A model generated the notes under the pieces. The model saw nothing but the letters and a program-made list of their open reading frames with translations. It was not told where the DNA came from and did not search any database. 64,000 nt of DNA from Octopus bimaculoides (Eukaryota). The stretch covers positions 71,555,289 to 71,619,288 of the forward strand of contig NC_068990.1 in NCBI RefSeq assembly GCF_001194135.2. The letters run 5' to 3'. The position numbers were made by a program, and so were the translations under genes. Positions 1-12,866 of the stretch are shown here, one piece after another (position 1 is the stretch's first letter; every line of letters starts with the position of its first letter).

Positions 1-259
1 ATATAGGAAAGTGGGTTATACATCTTTAGATTGTATACCTGACTTTCTACTATAAAATTAAACTTAGAATATATATAACGGAACGCTGAACTCCAGACTA
101 AACAACTTAAACAACACTTTATTTAGGTGGTAAACATATAAACACATCTTTAGTTCTTGTTGTGAGCGAGCTGTCGCGTGTAAGTCCGAAAGATGTAGAG
201 ACAGCTTTAAACACACGTCCATGCTCAATCGCTGGCCAGCGAGAAAGAGAATGAATTGA

Positions 260-312
260 GCGGGAAACGCTTGCTTGTTTAATTCTACGCATGCGTAAGA
301 CTACGCATGCGC
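260..312. promoter_or_regulatory. Promoter-like motif cluster (E2F site plus two NRF1-like palindromes)
   Basis: GCGGGAAA at 260-267 (reverse of E2F consensus TTTCCCGC); TACGCATGCGTA at 286-297 and ACGCATGCGC at 303-312 (NRF1 consensus GCGCATGCGC). Locally CpG-rich in an AT-rich window. Confidence 0.45.
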
Positions 313-1892
313 AGGCGTTACTACACATACATACATAAGAAAATGTCCTTAGTGCTATTTATATACATGTAGATTGACAAATTCATTCATTTCCCAAGAG
401 CACTGGTGATCATAAATTTAAAGCATGCGGTTTTGGCTCACTTACATGGTTATTCTTTACTTTCACCAGCTCGAAACTGTTGCTGTAACTATAAAGATTT
501 CCCCTTCAGTATAATATCCTACAAATTTTTAGTGGGGAAAAGGAAACATTTGTTCGGTTTTCGATTGTGTTAGCAGTATTTTTTTTCTCTCCCGGTTTCT
601 GTTATTGAAGTGCAACTAAACTGGGCACCGCCTTGAAAATTTTAATCCAGGTACTTCCAAACTGACAAAAACTAACAAGCCTCCCAACCACAAAAGTACG
701 TCCCTCTTCTTTATTGTTTTCTAAAATTGGCACGAGGCCAGAAAATTGAACAGAGGGGAATAATCAATTAGATTGACTCGGCGGCGGGATTTGAACTCAA
801 TGTTAAGAGCTGGAAAAATGCAGCCAGTGATATAGCGTGGGTTTTTTCCGCTCTGTGTGACAGCCAAATTGACCAATCCCTTCCTTAAACGTAATGCCAA
901 CCTCTTCCAAAATTTCCCACGACCTCCTCTCCCAAATAATCCTCTCTGTGCAGTCCACATTCCCTACGTCACACTACTGAATAATATCAGGTATTTTTTC
1001 AACGGTCTAATGATTTAGTCAATCAACCATCGTCAAAAAAGTTATAATTTTAACACTGCCTACGGGGGTCGAACACTGTGTCTGCTGTAAACCATGTAGT
1101 AGTGTTGACTAGTATACCAAATCAATACCATTGACCATTCATTGGCATTTTTTTCTTTGTTCTTTACGTTCTGGGTTCAAATCCCACTGATGCTAACTTA
1201 TCCTTCGGGATCAATAAAATAAAGTACCACAGTCAAGCACTGGAGTTGGAGGTATTGAATAACACGTGCTCTCAAAACTATTGGTCCCGTGCCTAAATTA
1301 GAAACCATTATTAATGAGAGGACAAAACAAAAGTTTACATCTACATAATTCTTCTTCTCTCTTCATAATCATCTTAATCTGCTTAATCTTCAATTAGCAA
1401 AGCTTCTGGTGAGTTTTGAATCATCACTCAGATTTTCCCAACTCCGGTCAACGACCTACCATATCGTCATAAACGGCAATATGTCGCCATAAAAGGCATT
1501 AACTCCTACGTCAATATGGCTCAACCAATCAACATTGTCATAAGTGATGCGACGAATTTCAAAGGAAGCGTGCGAGTTTTCATACCAAATAACTTCCTCG
1601 GTTATAAAACGATGGCGAGAGAGGGAGAGAGAAAGAGAGAGAGAGGGAGAGGGAGCTACAAACAATCCACAAAAAACTACGAACTAGTAAGCCACAAACA
1701 ATCTACACAAAACTGTCACTTTGGCCTTTCGCTTCCATCCACTTTTCTTACTTAACATTCCTATGTTTTCTTCAACAAAAAGCACCAACCTTTTGTGCAC
1801 GGTGCTTATATTGTCATTCTTGTCTTCACACGAAGCCTACTTAAAATTGTGAACTACATACAGAGACGTAATAATTTTAAAAGTGAATTGGC

Positions 1893-2175
1893 CCTAATAC
1901 TTATTTTTTTAAAGCCTGGTACTTATTCGTTCTGTCTCTTTTGCCGACAGCTAAATAACTGGGACGTAAAAATACCAACACCGGTTGTCAAGAGGTGGAG
2001 AGAAACACACATACACACACAGATATATATATATACAACGGACTCTTTCAGTTTCCGTTCACCAAACACATTCACAAAGCTTTGGTCGAGGCATAGCAGA
2101 AGACACCTACCCAAGATGCCACGCAGTGAGACTGAACCCGGAACCATGTGGCTGGGAAGCAAGCTTCTCACTATT
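1893..2175 (-). mobile_element. tRNA-derived SINE (family with 'cttgggcaagtgtcttctactatagcc' body)
   Basis: Reverse complement reads head 'aagcttgcttcccagccacatggttccgggttcagtctcac' plus a body shared with copies at 40720, 36165 and 61880. Confidence 0.75.
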
Positions 2176-3620
2176 GGGTTGTCCAGAAAGTTCGTGCCGA
2201 TTTTTAAAGGAAAGAAAAAGGTCAATAAATACTTGCCATTACATTTTTAATCAACCAAATATGAACCATTTTGTTGCACAATGCGTCTCCATCTTTGCTT
2301 TAACTTAAAAATACCCTCTTCCCAGAATTGAGGTGGTTTCATGGCAAATAAGTCGAAAGGTAAGCTACTATAAATCGACACGAACTTTCCGGACAACCCA
2401 ATACATAGCCAAATAAAATTCTACTGCACCTTCTAGATGTATAGAGTTCTTATGAACACACGCTATCTTTTTTTTTTTTTTTNNNNNNNNNNNNNNNNNN
2501 NNNNNNNNNNNNNNNNNNNNNNNNNNNNNNNNNNNNNNNNNNNNNNNNNNNNNNNNNNNNNNNNNNNNNNNNNNNNNNNNNNNNNNNNNNNNNNNNNNNN
2601 NNCTATGCCAGTGCTTTGCAGCAATTTGCTATTGATGGGTGACGGCAACATGGTAAAATTTAAAATTAAAATTGCTTGTCCATTTAAAATACTACCTATA
2701 ATATGTGCCAACAATTCCAACAACTCCATGTGCCAACAATTAGATCAGCTCTCGGAATCAAAATTTGCAAAAGAAAAAAAAATACAGTGGCGATGAAATG
2801 TCAGTCAAGGACAACCGAAAAGAGCTCAGTTATGGGCAAAGAGAAACGATAGCCGAGGTTGAAAAGAAATACTGCAAGCCGCTAAACATAGTAGGAAGGA
2901 ATTCCCAGTTTGAAATAGATCAAGGCAAGTTCTTGTCGTGTTCGAGTAATATTCACAAAGTTCAAGGAAATAAAATTACCCGAGGGTTTCATGTTCATTT
3001 CCCATTAAATGTGGCATTTCAAAAACAACTGGAGGACATCTAAGAGTCATGACGTAAGTGAACACAGGACCCTTAGAATGTCAGGAATTAAGGATCTGAG
3101 ACACTTGCTTGAAGTGTTTCTTCTGCTGTTCGCTCGCTCCGTAGCGCGTTTCCACTTACTATTTTAGAAGATTCAAACGCCATTTGGAACTTTTCAAAAA
3201 TTACCTCTCAATGCTTACATTGTGACAAACTCGGAGATAAATTTCCTAACTGTTTAGCTGTAACTTCTGGAGTTCAAGGCAGTGTGATTGAACCATCGAT
3301 TTATATGTAGACAAATGTGTAAAGTGTAAATTCCAGCATTTAAGGGTGAAGTTTTGAAAAAGCTGTCTTCGAAAAATTATACCTCATGGGAAAATAAAAA
3401 AACAGTTCGCTTTCGTTCATTTTTTGCCAGTAATTCTCGTTTCATGCATTTTCAAAAATTTCAATTTTTCACTTTTACCGACCACTTCTATATATTTTTT
3501 TTTTTTTGTATTTTACATGACATTTGGGGAAAGCGAAAGACAACTATTATAAAACTTCACGCTATTTATACTGGTAATATTAAAATACAAATAAATTATA
3601 ACATTTCAGATATAGCAAAA

Positions 3621-3836
3621 GCGGTGAGCTGCCAGAATCATTAGTACGCCGGGTAAAATGCCAAGCAGTATTTTGTCCGTCTTTACGTTCAGAGTTCAAA
3701 TACCGCCGTGGTCGACTTTCTCTTTCATCCTTTCAGAGTCGATAAAATAAGTAACAGTTGAGCACTGGGGCTGATGAAATCGATTTACCCACTTTCCCGA
3801 AATTGCTGGCCTTGTGCTAAAAAGTGAAACCAATAA
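3621..3836 (+). mobile_element. tRNA-derived SINE, AAT/ATT-tail family ('ggtgagctgccagaatc...gagttcaaat...gtcgactttctctttcatcc')
   Basis: Box-B-like GAGTTCAAAT; the same body recurs at ~12670, 24630, 28290, 29170, 41930, 47560, 49080, 50415, 52400, 53665. Confidence 0.8.
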
Positions 3837-5547
3837 TTCTCTCTTTCTCTCAACAAATGCGTTGCTACTGTTTTTTATTCTAAATCTTTTAAGCAACGCC
3901 ATTTCTCTTCAAATGATTCATTATCCTTGTGGAGAGCAGAATGAACTTGGGTGCTATTATTCATGCATGGTGTTTTAAAATTTATTAATCGTATTTCTAA
4001 CATCGTTAGTTAAGCATGAAGTCGTATGTATCTTTAAAGCCTTAAAAGAAAATAAAGAAATATTCAGTTTCTTAGCCACTCGTATAAAACATGTATTATG
4101 CTTTTTACTTCTTTTGAATATATTCTCTAGTTTCCATATCTAATTGGTATTATAGAATTAGTTGAAGAGTCCCAAAACGTTTCAGCAAACGCCTTCCCGG
4201 TTTTAAAAATCGTATCTATAAGCAACGTTTATAAAAATTAAATTTTCTCAAGTTGGAAACGGAACACGTCATAAATGACTTAACATTTGTGGATAAAATA
4301 TTACGCAACAAATTCGTCAGTTTCTAATAACGTGCTCCTGCAACTTATTCTCAAATACAAATTGGTAAATTCACTCCTACATACTAATTCTTATCGTTTC
4401 TTTAGCAACCATTGTCATGGAAATATAAGACTCTTTATATTTGGTTGACGAAGTCTGATAAAAGCAATTTTCCTGGATTTAAACATCCACTACAGACGAA
4501 TAAACCCAGTACTTTGTAATAGTAACTATGTTATTTTATAAACTTAAATATGCTAATCGTCTGAGTGTAACAGCTACTTAATGACTTTGGAAATACTTTA
4601 TACACTATTATTACATTTCCTGCTGTTTTATAATTTTGTATTGCTAATTTTTTAAAGAGCTATTTTGATTGAAACTTTAAACTTTGAATTCGTGTCTTTA
4701 ATGGCGTTGGCACAGACTGCTCGTTTAATTTTTCCGGTCTTTCGCTTATAACCGCTACAGTTTGCAATTCGGTAAATAAAATGTGAAAAACAAATTTCTT
4801 TAAAATTTGGGTCAAAAGTGCAAACAAATATCAGAAAAATGCATTGATGGTGGACCATCACGAAAATAGTTAACAACACCAGTGGTCCGAATACTTTATC
4901 CATCACAGCAACCTCAGGTTTTCGTCATATTGACTCGGTTTTATTTAGTTATAGAAGCAGATTGTTCCCAGTAGTGTAGTAAGAGCGGGGCTGCAGAGAC
5001 GATTACTCTGGACATAAAATTATTTGGGGTGCAAAATTTCGAAAGAAAAAGGGAAAATAAGGCNNNNNNNNNNNNNNNNNNNNNNNNNNNNNNNNNNNNN
5101 NNNNNNNNNNNNNNNNNNNNNNNNNNNNNNNNNNNNNNNNNNNNNNNNNNNNNNNNNNNNNNNNNNNNNNNNNNNNNNNNNNNNNNNNNNNNNNNNNNNN
5201 NNNNNNNNNNNNNNNNNNNNNNNNNNNNNNNNNNNNNNNNNGTAACGTATAAATTCCTTCCTGGATGGGATACCGGCTCGTCATAGGATTACTAATTTTT
5301 GCCAGATGAGTGGACTGGAACAACGTGAAACGAAGTGTTTTGCTCAAGACGACAACGCATCACCCGGTCCCAGGAACAAAACCGCAATCTTACGATCATG
5401 AGGGCAATACCCTAACCACTAAGCCACGTGCTTCTACATTGTAGTAAAGTACAAAGTAATAGTAAATTGAAAAAAAAAAAAAACAGCGTGCGGTCCTGAA
5501 AACCGATGGCGATGACTAGAGTTTTCTTTTTGGCGCGGTTTTCAATG

Positions 5548-5745
5548 GTACTCCGTCGGTTACAACGAGGGTTTCAGTTGATCCAATCGACGGAATAGCC
5601 TTCTCGTGAAATTAACTGAGCACTTCACAGACTCATGTACCTTTACGTAGTTCTCAGGGAGAATCAGCATGGCACCCAGAATATGACAAGGCTAGCCCTT
5701 TGAGATACAGGTACTATTCATTTTTGCCAGCTGAGTGAACTGGAG
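5548..5745 (-). mobile_element. 3' part of the same SINE family as the 18160-18530 copy
   Basis: Reverse complement aligns with 18355-18520 ('tactccgtcggttac...gagggtttcagttgatc...cgtgaaattaac...gtagttctc'). Confidence 0.75.
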
Positions 5746-7979
5746 CAACGTAAAATAAAGTGTCCTACTCTTCTTATCACCCTTGTTGTGTCCAAACTCC
5801 CCACTAATGACATTTGATCCCTTCTTCTTAGAACATTGGTCTTCTGGAAATCCCTCCTCCTCATATTTTCCCTGTAGTAGTTGTAGCTTTACAAATGTTA
5901 ATGGCATCAATGTCACCAATTTATGAGGGCATTCAAAAGAATCTTAGGCACTGTCCCTTCCTCCAGACCTAACAAGTAAAAAAAAATTCAAAGAAATCAG
6001 GAATAGGAGGCAAAATGGACCTAGAATCTCATGCCAGTTTATGATCTCTAAATATACTTCTTTGAATCAATTAGTAAGAATTTTCTTTTTAAAAGTCTGC
6101 AAGACAAAGGCATGTGATATAATTAACCTGAACTAAGTCTGAGGACAAACAAGCAAGTTGAAACTGCTTTTGATTCTCAGTGCTCTTAGCTTTCATTGAA
6201 ACACAGTTCAAACAAACTGAGTCTTCACAAAACTTAGTACACATAGTTGTATTTCTTTGAACTCACATCAACTTTAGTATCTCCTTGCAAAACAACACAA
6301 TTCTTTTTAAGCACTGTTTCCAGTTACAGACTTCTACCTTCTGGCAACCAGTTCACTTTCTTCTGAATATCTGCTTCCTATGACTTGCAAATATCAAAAC
6401 AATGATAAATCTTCAAAATGTGAAAAAAAAAGCTAAAAAAGCTATGTAGTTAATTGATTGACATCTTCAGAGTATTTTGGCTGGTTTGGAGCTAATTGCA
6501 TCAAATTTTTCAAATATTCAATTACATAGATATCTAATTCCATTTAACCTCTTTAAGTTGTCCATAAAATATAAACCAAATTCATCAGCATCAAAGTGTC
6601 TTGCTTAATTTAAAATGCACTTGTCCGACCCTTGCAAGCAAAGAAAATGTGAATGTTAAATGATGCTGTTGATGATGATAAAATAAAATGTTGGTATTCA
6701 AATGAGAAGGAATCATCGATTTGTTTAATAATCAATTCTAATGAGATGATAAGACACCAACTATTTTATGTAAAGTAGCTGTCTCCAAATTTTGGTATTT
6801 ATCTGCATGTCAGTCTGTATATTTCCATGGTTTGAGCATTGTTCTAGACATAACCATAATACAATGTGTAATTCATTTCACCAGATGGTAGGATTCCAGC
6901 AAGACAAAGATTGCGGTGCTTGAAGGGATATATATATATATATATATATGTAAAGGTTGAACAATGAGAGCACTTACACACAATAAACAATATGAAAACT
7001 TCTTTCCAAAATGTTTGTGACATTCTGTTTTTCAAAAATGATCTTTTTAAAATAGTTAGCTTTTATGAAAATCATTTTTTAAATATTGTGACTGTATCAA
7101 ATGGTTTAGTGGAGTTAAATTCAGTAAAGAATTGGAAATAGTCTGAATTCTAATCTGAAAGCATGTTTTCACTCAGTTACATTTTTTATATAACACTTTT
7201 GTAACAATGGTATTATTCTTATTATATTATGGAGGTTTGCCTAACATATATCTGAAATCAATTGTGCTATCTTCATGACAATGGAAGTTCTTGGTCATCT
7301 GTCTGATTCGTCTGTCCTGGGCCATCAGGCTGTAGAAATGTGCCCTGAATGGTTTTTATAGGGGACCAGAAGCCAAATTCTAGAATGTTAGAGAAAACCC
7401 TGTCCACATAGATTGGTTGGTTAATACACCAACAATGTGAAATTATGGTGGTTCGCTCGTAACATCCTATCATATATCCACGGATTCAGAATTGAATCAC
7501 CACTACAAAGGTATAAAATAATGTTAAGGGAAATTTCTTAAAAGAAAGGTACAGTGTCTGCTGGGCGAAGGTCTTCAGAGCATGATAGCTTCACCAGAAT
7601 ATGCAACTATAACTTCCAGAAATGAACTGAGAATCTCATGAAATGGCATTGACCCTTCAGCATTCAGATTAGTTTGCCACACTACTTTGAATTAAGCATT
7701 ATCTCATGACTATAAGATTTTGATGATGTGATTATTTATTTTTAGAATGACATGAAAAGATAGTGTCAGAGACTGAATCTGGTCAGTTTGAACATAAAAC
7801 AGGTAGATTATTTGGGCCGGATTTGTTTGGTTTAAATACTTGTTAAGCAAAGGTGTGTATCAGAACCACTGCTATTCAACTTCAAATTCTCCATGTTGCT
7901 GACAAAGTAATAAAAAAGATAAGTTTCATGAAAATAGTTTATTTACAAAATATACAAAAGTAAAATTATAGCAGAACCT

Positions 7980-8107
7980 TCAGTCTTTCCATCGATGTGC
8001 ACACTCTACATTACAGCATTTGTAAAATGTCGTCATAGGTTCATCAGCTGACCGAGTCTGAATCTGCATGAAATAGGCTCGTCCATGCTCACACTTGGGA
8101 CAAGTTT
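7980..8107 (-). CDS. POLR3K: POLR3K exon 3 (last coding exon): C-terminal TFIIS-like Zn ribbon [42 protein letters not shown]
   Basis: Acceptor ccatttgttag, phase 1 matching exon 2. Contains QTRSADEP with the acidic DE hairpin and CxxC...CxxxC. TGA at 7980-7982; AATAAA (minus) at 7938-7943. Confidence 0.97.
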
Positions 8108-8700
8108 CTAACAAATGGAAGATAAGAAAAAGGTAAATGAAACTGAAGAATATTATTGATTTATTACATGACAGAAAACAAAGAGGAAGATTACTGCAAA
8201 GTACACACACTACTTTTCAAGATACAAAAATAAACATGTTGCAACTGGAACTTGAAAATGGCTGAGAGTGGTCAATAGACTTTTTATAACTGGTGGTTCT
8301 CGTGTTTGTACACAAAAACATGCACACACTCACACGATTATACATACATTGCACACACACACACACATGTAAAGGTTGAACAGTCAGATCACTTAAAATA
8401 AACACAATATGAAAACTTCTCTCCAAAATGTGACATTGTTTTTTTCAAAAATGATCTTTTTAAAAATAGTTAACTTTTATGGAAATCTTTTTTTAAATAT
8501 TGTGACTGTATTGAGTATTTTTTGGCAAAAAACTTTTAAATACACACACATAATATGTATATATGTATGTGTATATAATCTCAGTGTTTGAATATTTCAT
8601 TTATATATTTTTACGCACCATGTGCTCTGATTTTGGCGTAAAACAAAACCAGTTGCACAATCAGAGACTAACATGAACAGTCACGGATTTAAACTGGTAG

Positions 8701-8756
8701 TCCACACTGACGAGGCTTAGAGTTAAATACCCAAAAGTCGAAACCTGGTTTGTGGA
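8701..8756 (+). ncRNA. Minimal type I hammerhead ribozyme (HHR-1)
   Basis: TCCACA-CTGACGA-[GGCTT..AAGTC stem II]-GAAAC-CTG-GTT-TGTGGA. Perfect 6-bp stem I, complete core, ACCTGGT near-palindromic stem III, GUU cleavage triplet. Confidence 0.85.
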
Positions 8757-8816
8757 TATCCCTAATTGCATAATATTTTTATTTGTGCTGTTAAATGTTT
8801 TAATTCTTTCTGTTTT

Positions 8817-9286
8817 CCTCGCATATTGTTTTTCTGTTATAATGGTGCGCTAAGGTGGATTAATTTAAGACTTAGCTCTTATTTCTAGCAGGTAGATGCT
8901 CATTAAGCATCATTACGCTTCGTGCAAATTTATAATTCATAGCTCTTTAAAGCTATTATAACTGCGTTCCACCCATGCCACTACTGGTGATATCATCAAA
9001 TTTAGAATTTATCCACAGATGATATGAACAGTAGTGACATCTAACTNNNNNNNNNNCCTCGCATATTGTTTTTCTGTTATAATGGTGCGCTAAGGTGGAT
9101 TAATTTAAGACTTAGCTCTTATTTCTAGCAGGTAGATGCTCATTAAGCATCATTACGCTTCGTGCAAATTTATAATTCATAGCTCTTTAAAGCTATTATA
9201 ACTGCGTTCCACCCATGCCACTACTGGTGATATCATCAAATTTAGAATTTATCCACAGATGATATGAACAGTAGTGACATCTAACT
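8817..9286. other. Probable assembly artefact: ~230 bp identical sequence duplicated either side of a 10-N gap
   Basis: 8817-9046 and 9057-9286 read identically and are separated by exactly 10 N. Confidence 0.85.
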
Positions 9287-10292
9287 TCAAATCTCAGTGT
9301 TTGAATGTTTCATTTATATATATATATATATATATAATGTACGTGTGCGTGTGTATATGCATATATATGTGTATGTGTATATATATTTTAATAGTAATTT
9401 GACTCGCTTCCATATGATAAAGTTTTGTAGGCACATAGGAAGAACCCATCTCATCAGATATTGGGAGATATCTGATTTCTGGTGAAATACGTTGTTCCAA
9501 CACACCAACAAAACTTCAAGTCATACAGAGTTGAATCAAACTATTTAAAAATATATGTACATTCTACCAAGTGTGCTGAGTACTACTTTTATCTGTCCAC
9601 TCACATATTATATATATATATACACATATATCTGTGAGGAATCTTGATATATGTTAACAAAATGATATAAATTATGATTTGTATGGCCCATTTTTCTATT
9701 AGTTGTTCCAATCATTGAACTGCAGGCATGTTGAAGTTCTATTTTTGAGTCAATTTAGATTATATAGTCTCCTCTACTTTGTCTAGTACCCAGTCATTGC
9801 TCTCCTAAGAAGGAAATACTTAGTCAACAATCAAATAGAGGAAGATTATTTATCTAAACTTAAATACCATTTCTCTAATATAGACATATGTGTGTGCGTG
9901 TGTGTGTGTGTATGTGATCATCATCATTTAACATCTGTTTTCCAAACTGGCAATGGTTGATCAGTTTGATAGGGGCTGATAAGCCAGAAGACTGCATCAA
10001 ATTCTATTGTAAGCTTTGAAAAGATCTCTATAGCAGGATGCCCTTCCTAACAGACACACACACATATATATATATATATATGAGAGATATTGGTATCCAG
10101 AAGACCCAAGATGGCAGGTAAGGCTATGTAAGTACTACAGACAAGAAGCATTTCTATACATTCTACACACCACTTTCCTTGGATAATGGAACTGCAACTG
10201 TAACATCCTACATATATCTTTATTCTCTTATTTCCCTTTCTACATCCTATATCCATGCTTTACTATTTCCCTCTAGTTAACTCCCTCATATC

Positions 10293-10340
10293 GTCTCTGA
10301 TGAAGAGATATTCTTAATATCCTAGAAACAGCTGTAAGAC
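10293..10340 (+). ncRNA. Minimal type I hammerhead ribozyme (HHR-2)
   Basis: GTCT-CTGATGA-[AGAGATATT-CTT-AATATCCT-A]-GAAAC-AGCT-GTA-AGAC. 4-bp stem I, GATATT/AATATC hairpin, palindromic ACAGCTGT stem III, GUA triplet. Confidence 0.8.
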
Positions 10341-10405
10341 TACTTTTCTCTTTATAAATGTCCTAATTTCCACACAACCTTGGCTTTGTTGCCTCATTTT
10401 ATTTA

Positions 10406-10440
<35 letters not shown>

Positions 10441-10576
10441 AACAAAAAACCAGGACGTATGAGAAGTGAATACATTTATTTAACTAAGAGGTAAATATAT
10501 TCTAGAAATCTTTCATTATTTGCATGTTCCTCTCATAGGAACAGCCGTGCTATAGTGGCAAAAAAACGTTACCGTG

Positions 10577-10608
<32 letters not shown>

Positions 10609-11099
10609 TACTTGGAAATGGATACGTTGTGTTCAATCAAATAATAAATAAAATATATATATATATATATATATACAAACAACAACAACAACATATATTG
10701 TTCAAAGGCTTTGAGGGCATACTTTTGACAGAAGTAAAGAAATTGGGGTGTGTTGAGATTATTTTCTTGTTCATAACATTCAAAATTTTTCACAAAATAT
10801 TCTGTTGAAGAAGAAAATTATATTAAGAATATTGTTCTAAGTCTGTTTAGCTTTGTATTGATCTTTTACAAAAAAACATGATACTGCAGTTCTGTTGCCA
10901 GGAGACAGAGTTGTGAAGTAGCACTGGTAAGGAGGTTGTTAAACAGATGTTGGTGAGAAAATCTACAAGTCCTGTATCTCAGCTATGTAGACATTAAATA
11001 CAAATATGTTAGTATAGGTTAAATATCACTGAATCAATTTCCAGGCATATGCCATTCCATCTTCATTGTGGATAAATGCCTACAAGATTTAGGTCTTGG

Positions 11100-11400
11100 A
11101 TAAGTGGTCAGTACTTCTGAAGGAATATTTACTGAGAGAGATATAACTCATTAAGCAACAATCTAATTGAAAAATATAGCAAATGTCATGGTTAAAATTG
11201 TTTAAAGGCTGTGGCAAATCTGAGAAAACTATGTTAAATATTGAGACCCAGGAAGACATGGGATGAAGTGGTAAGGACTGATCTCAGGAAGTTGGACCTC
11301 ACGGGGGAAATGACCATGGACTGAGATGTATGGCAATATGAAGTTCTTGACAAGACTCATCCACATCAATGAAACGGAGTTCTAGAAGCGCTGTGTGTCC
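11100..11400 (+). mobile_element. RTE-clade LINE 3' relic
   Basis: Degenerate translation 'RPRKTWDEVVRTDLRKLDLTGEMTMD..VWQY', typical of the RTE ORF C-terminus. Confidence 0.6.
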
Positions 11401-12239
11401 CACCCATACTTAACAAGAAAACTTCTCACACACTCTACTACAACAAACCAAACTATGTCTCTACATCCCTTCTATTCCTCACATTTCTGCTTCATGTACT
11501 ATGATTACCTCCCACTCCCCAATCTTGTACTCTTGGCCGGTGCCACTGTATCATTGCTCTCTGCTTGCCCCTGACCTGTGTGTTCTACCCACATGCCTTG
11601 TTTCACTATTATTGCCATCTGCTAGTCTCCGACCTGGGTGTTCCACCCACATGTAACAAGAGAACTTTTTCCTCACCCTACCCTAACCGATGTACATCTC
11701 TTTCTCACATTTCCTCCTTCATTCACTATGCTTAGCTCTCGCTCCCCAACCCTGTCCTTCTGTATTGTAGCTATACGGTAGCCCCTCCAACTCTATACTC
11801 AGGTCTTTTGCCACTTACTTGCACTCTTTAATCACACTCCCTTCGTAATATCCTATCACTTATATTATGGCATTTGAACCTCAAAAGTATGCCCTGGCAC
11901 TTGCCACTATCTATATCTCTCTCTTCCGTTACTCAACCATCTCATTTATAGTCTGATCCCTGTTCCTTGTGAGTATGCCCGGCATTTTGTCACCATCTCC
12001 ATCCTGTTGTCTCTCACTCTCTCTCTCTCCTTCTCCTGCACTTCCCTCAGGTTGGGCAACCATGTATTTTATTTGTGGTAGCACACCTGTTTCTGTCTTC
12101 ATTCCTGATATTTCTCTTTCCGGTTGGGTAACTTTGTACTTCCTCTACAACAAGGCACTTGTATCTGTCTCACTATAACCTTTTAATCGCCATCTCCTCC
12201 AATTCCTCCTCCCTTCTTAAAAGTTTTTGTCTTGCAAGT

Positions 12240-12578
12240 ACTTGGTGACCCTGTCAGTGCAGGTGCCACTTAAAAGCACCCAGTCCACACTGTAAAGTGG
12301 TTGGTGTTCGGAAGGGCATCCAGCTGTAAAAACCTTGCCAAAACTGACCTCGCCTGTGCTTGTGCCATATAAAAAGCACTACTGACTTCGCCTGTGCTTG
12401 TGCCACATAAAAATCACTCAGTCCACTGTTGAGTGGTTGGTGTTAGGAAGGGCATCCAACTATAAAAATCCTACCAAAACAGTCACAGAAGTCTGATGCA
12501 GGCTTCAGCCTGGCTGGCTCTTGTGGTACCGTCCTACCCATACTAGCATGGAACATGAATGTTAAATGATGATGATGA

Positions 12579-12582
<4 letters not shown>
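12240..12582 (+). mobile_element. SINE of (GAT)n-tail family ('gtggttggtgttaggaagggcatccagc') with internally repeated module
   Basis: The family core occurs twice, ending 'aatgttaaatgatgatgatgat'. Further copies at ~17770, 22935, 23410, 35440, 39300, 41650, 44290, 48670, 54320, 59105. Confidence 0.75.
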
Positions 12583-12615
<33 letters not shown>

Positions 12616-12817
12616 NNNNNNNNNNNNNNNNNNNNNNNNNNNNNNNNNNNNNNNNNNNNNNNNNNNNNNAAGGCGGTGAGCTGCCAGAATCATTAATATG
12701 CTGGGTAAAATACCTAGCAGTATTTTGTCTGTCTTTACGTTCAGAGTTCAAATCCTGCCGAGGTCGACTTTGTCTTTCATCCTTTCAGAGTCGATAAAAT
12801 AAATGATGATGATGATG

Positions 12818-12866
<49 letters not shown>

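Noticed and set aside
2765-3100. 92-aa ORF with 'PLNIVGRN', faintly like a retropepsin C-terminus
   Set aside because: No catalytic DTG/DSG motif and no clear RT following; too weak to call an LTR element.
6139-6175. CTGAGGA...GAAAC motif
   Set aside because: No stem I or stem III pairing and no GUH site. Other CTGANGA hits (3771, 28584, 35806, 38494, 49617) also lack a GAAAC/stem context.
8817-9286. Perfect 230-bp tandem duplication
   Set aside because: Identical copies separated by exactly 10 N are typical of an unmerged contig overlap. The same applies to the ~33-bp repeat around the 10-N gap at ~25145-25154.
9391-9462. Possible degenerate minus-strand hammerhead (CTGATGA...GAAGCGAGTC)
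   Set aside because: The GAAAC core is altered, stem I is imperfect and stem II does not close convincingly.
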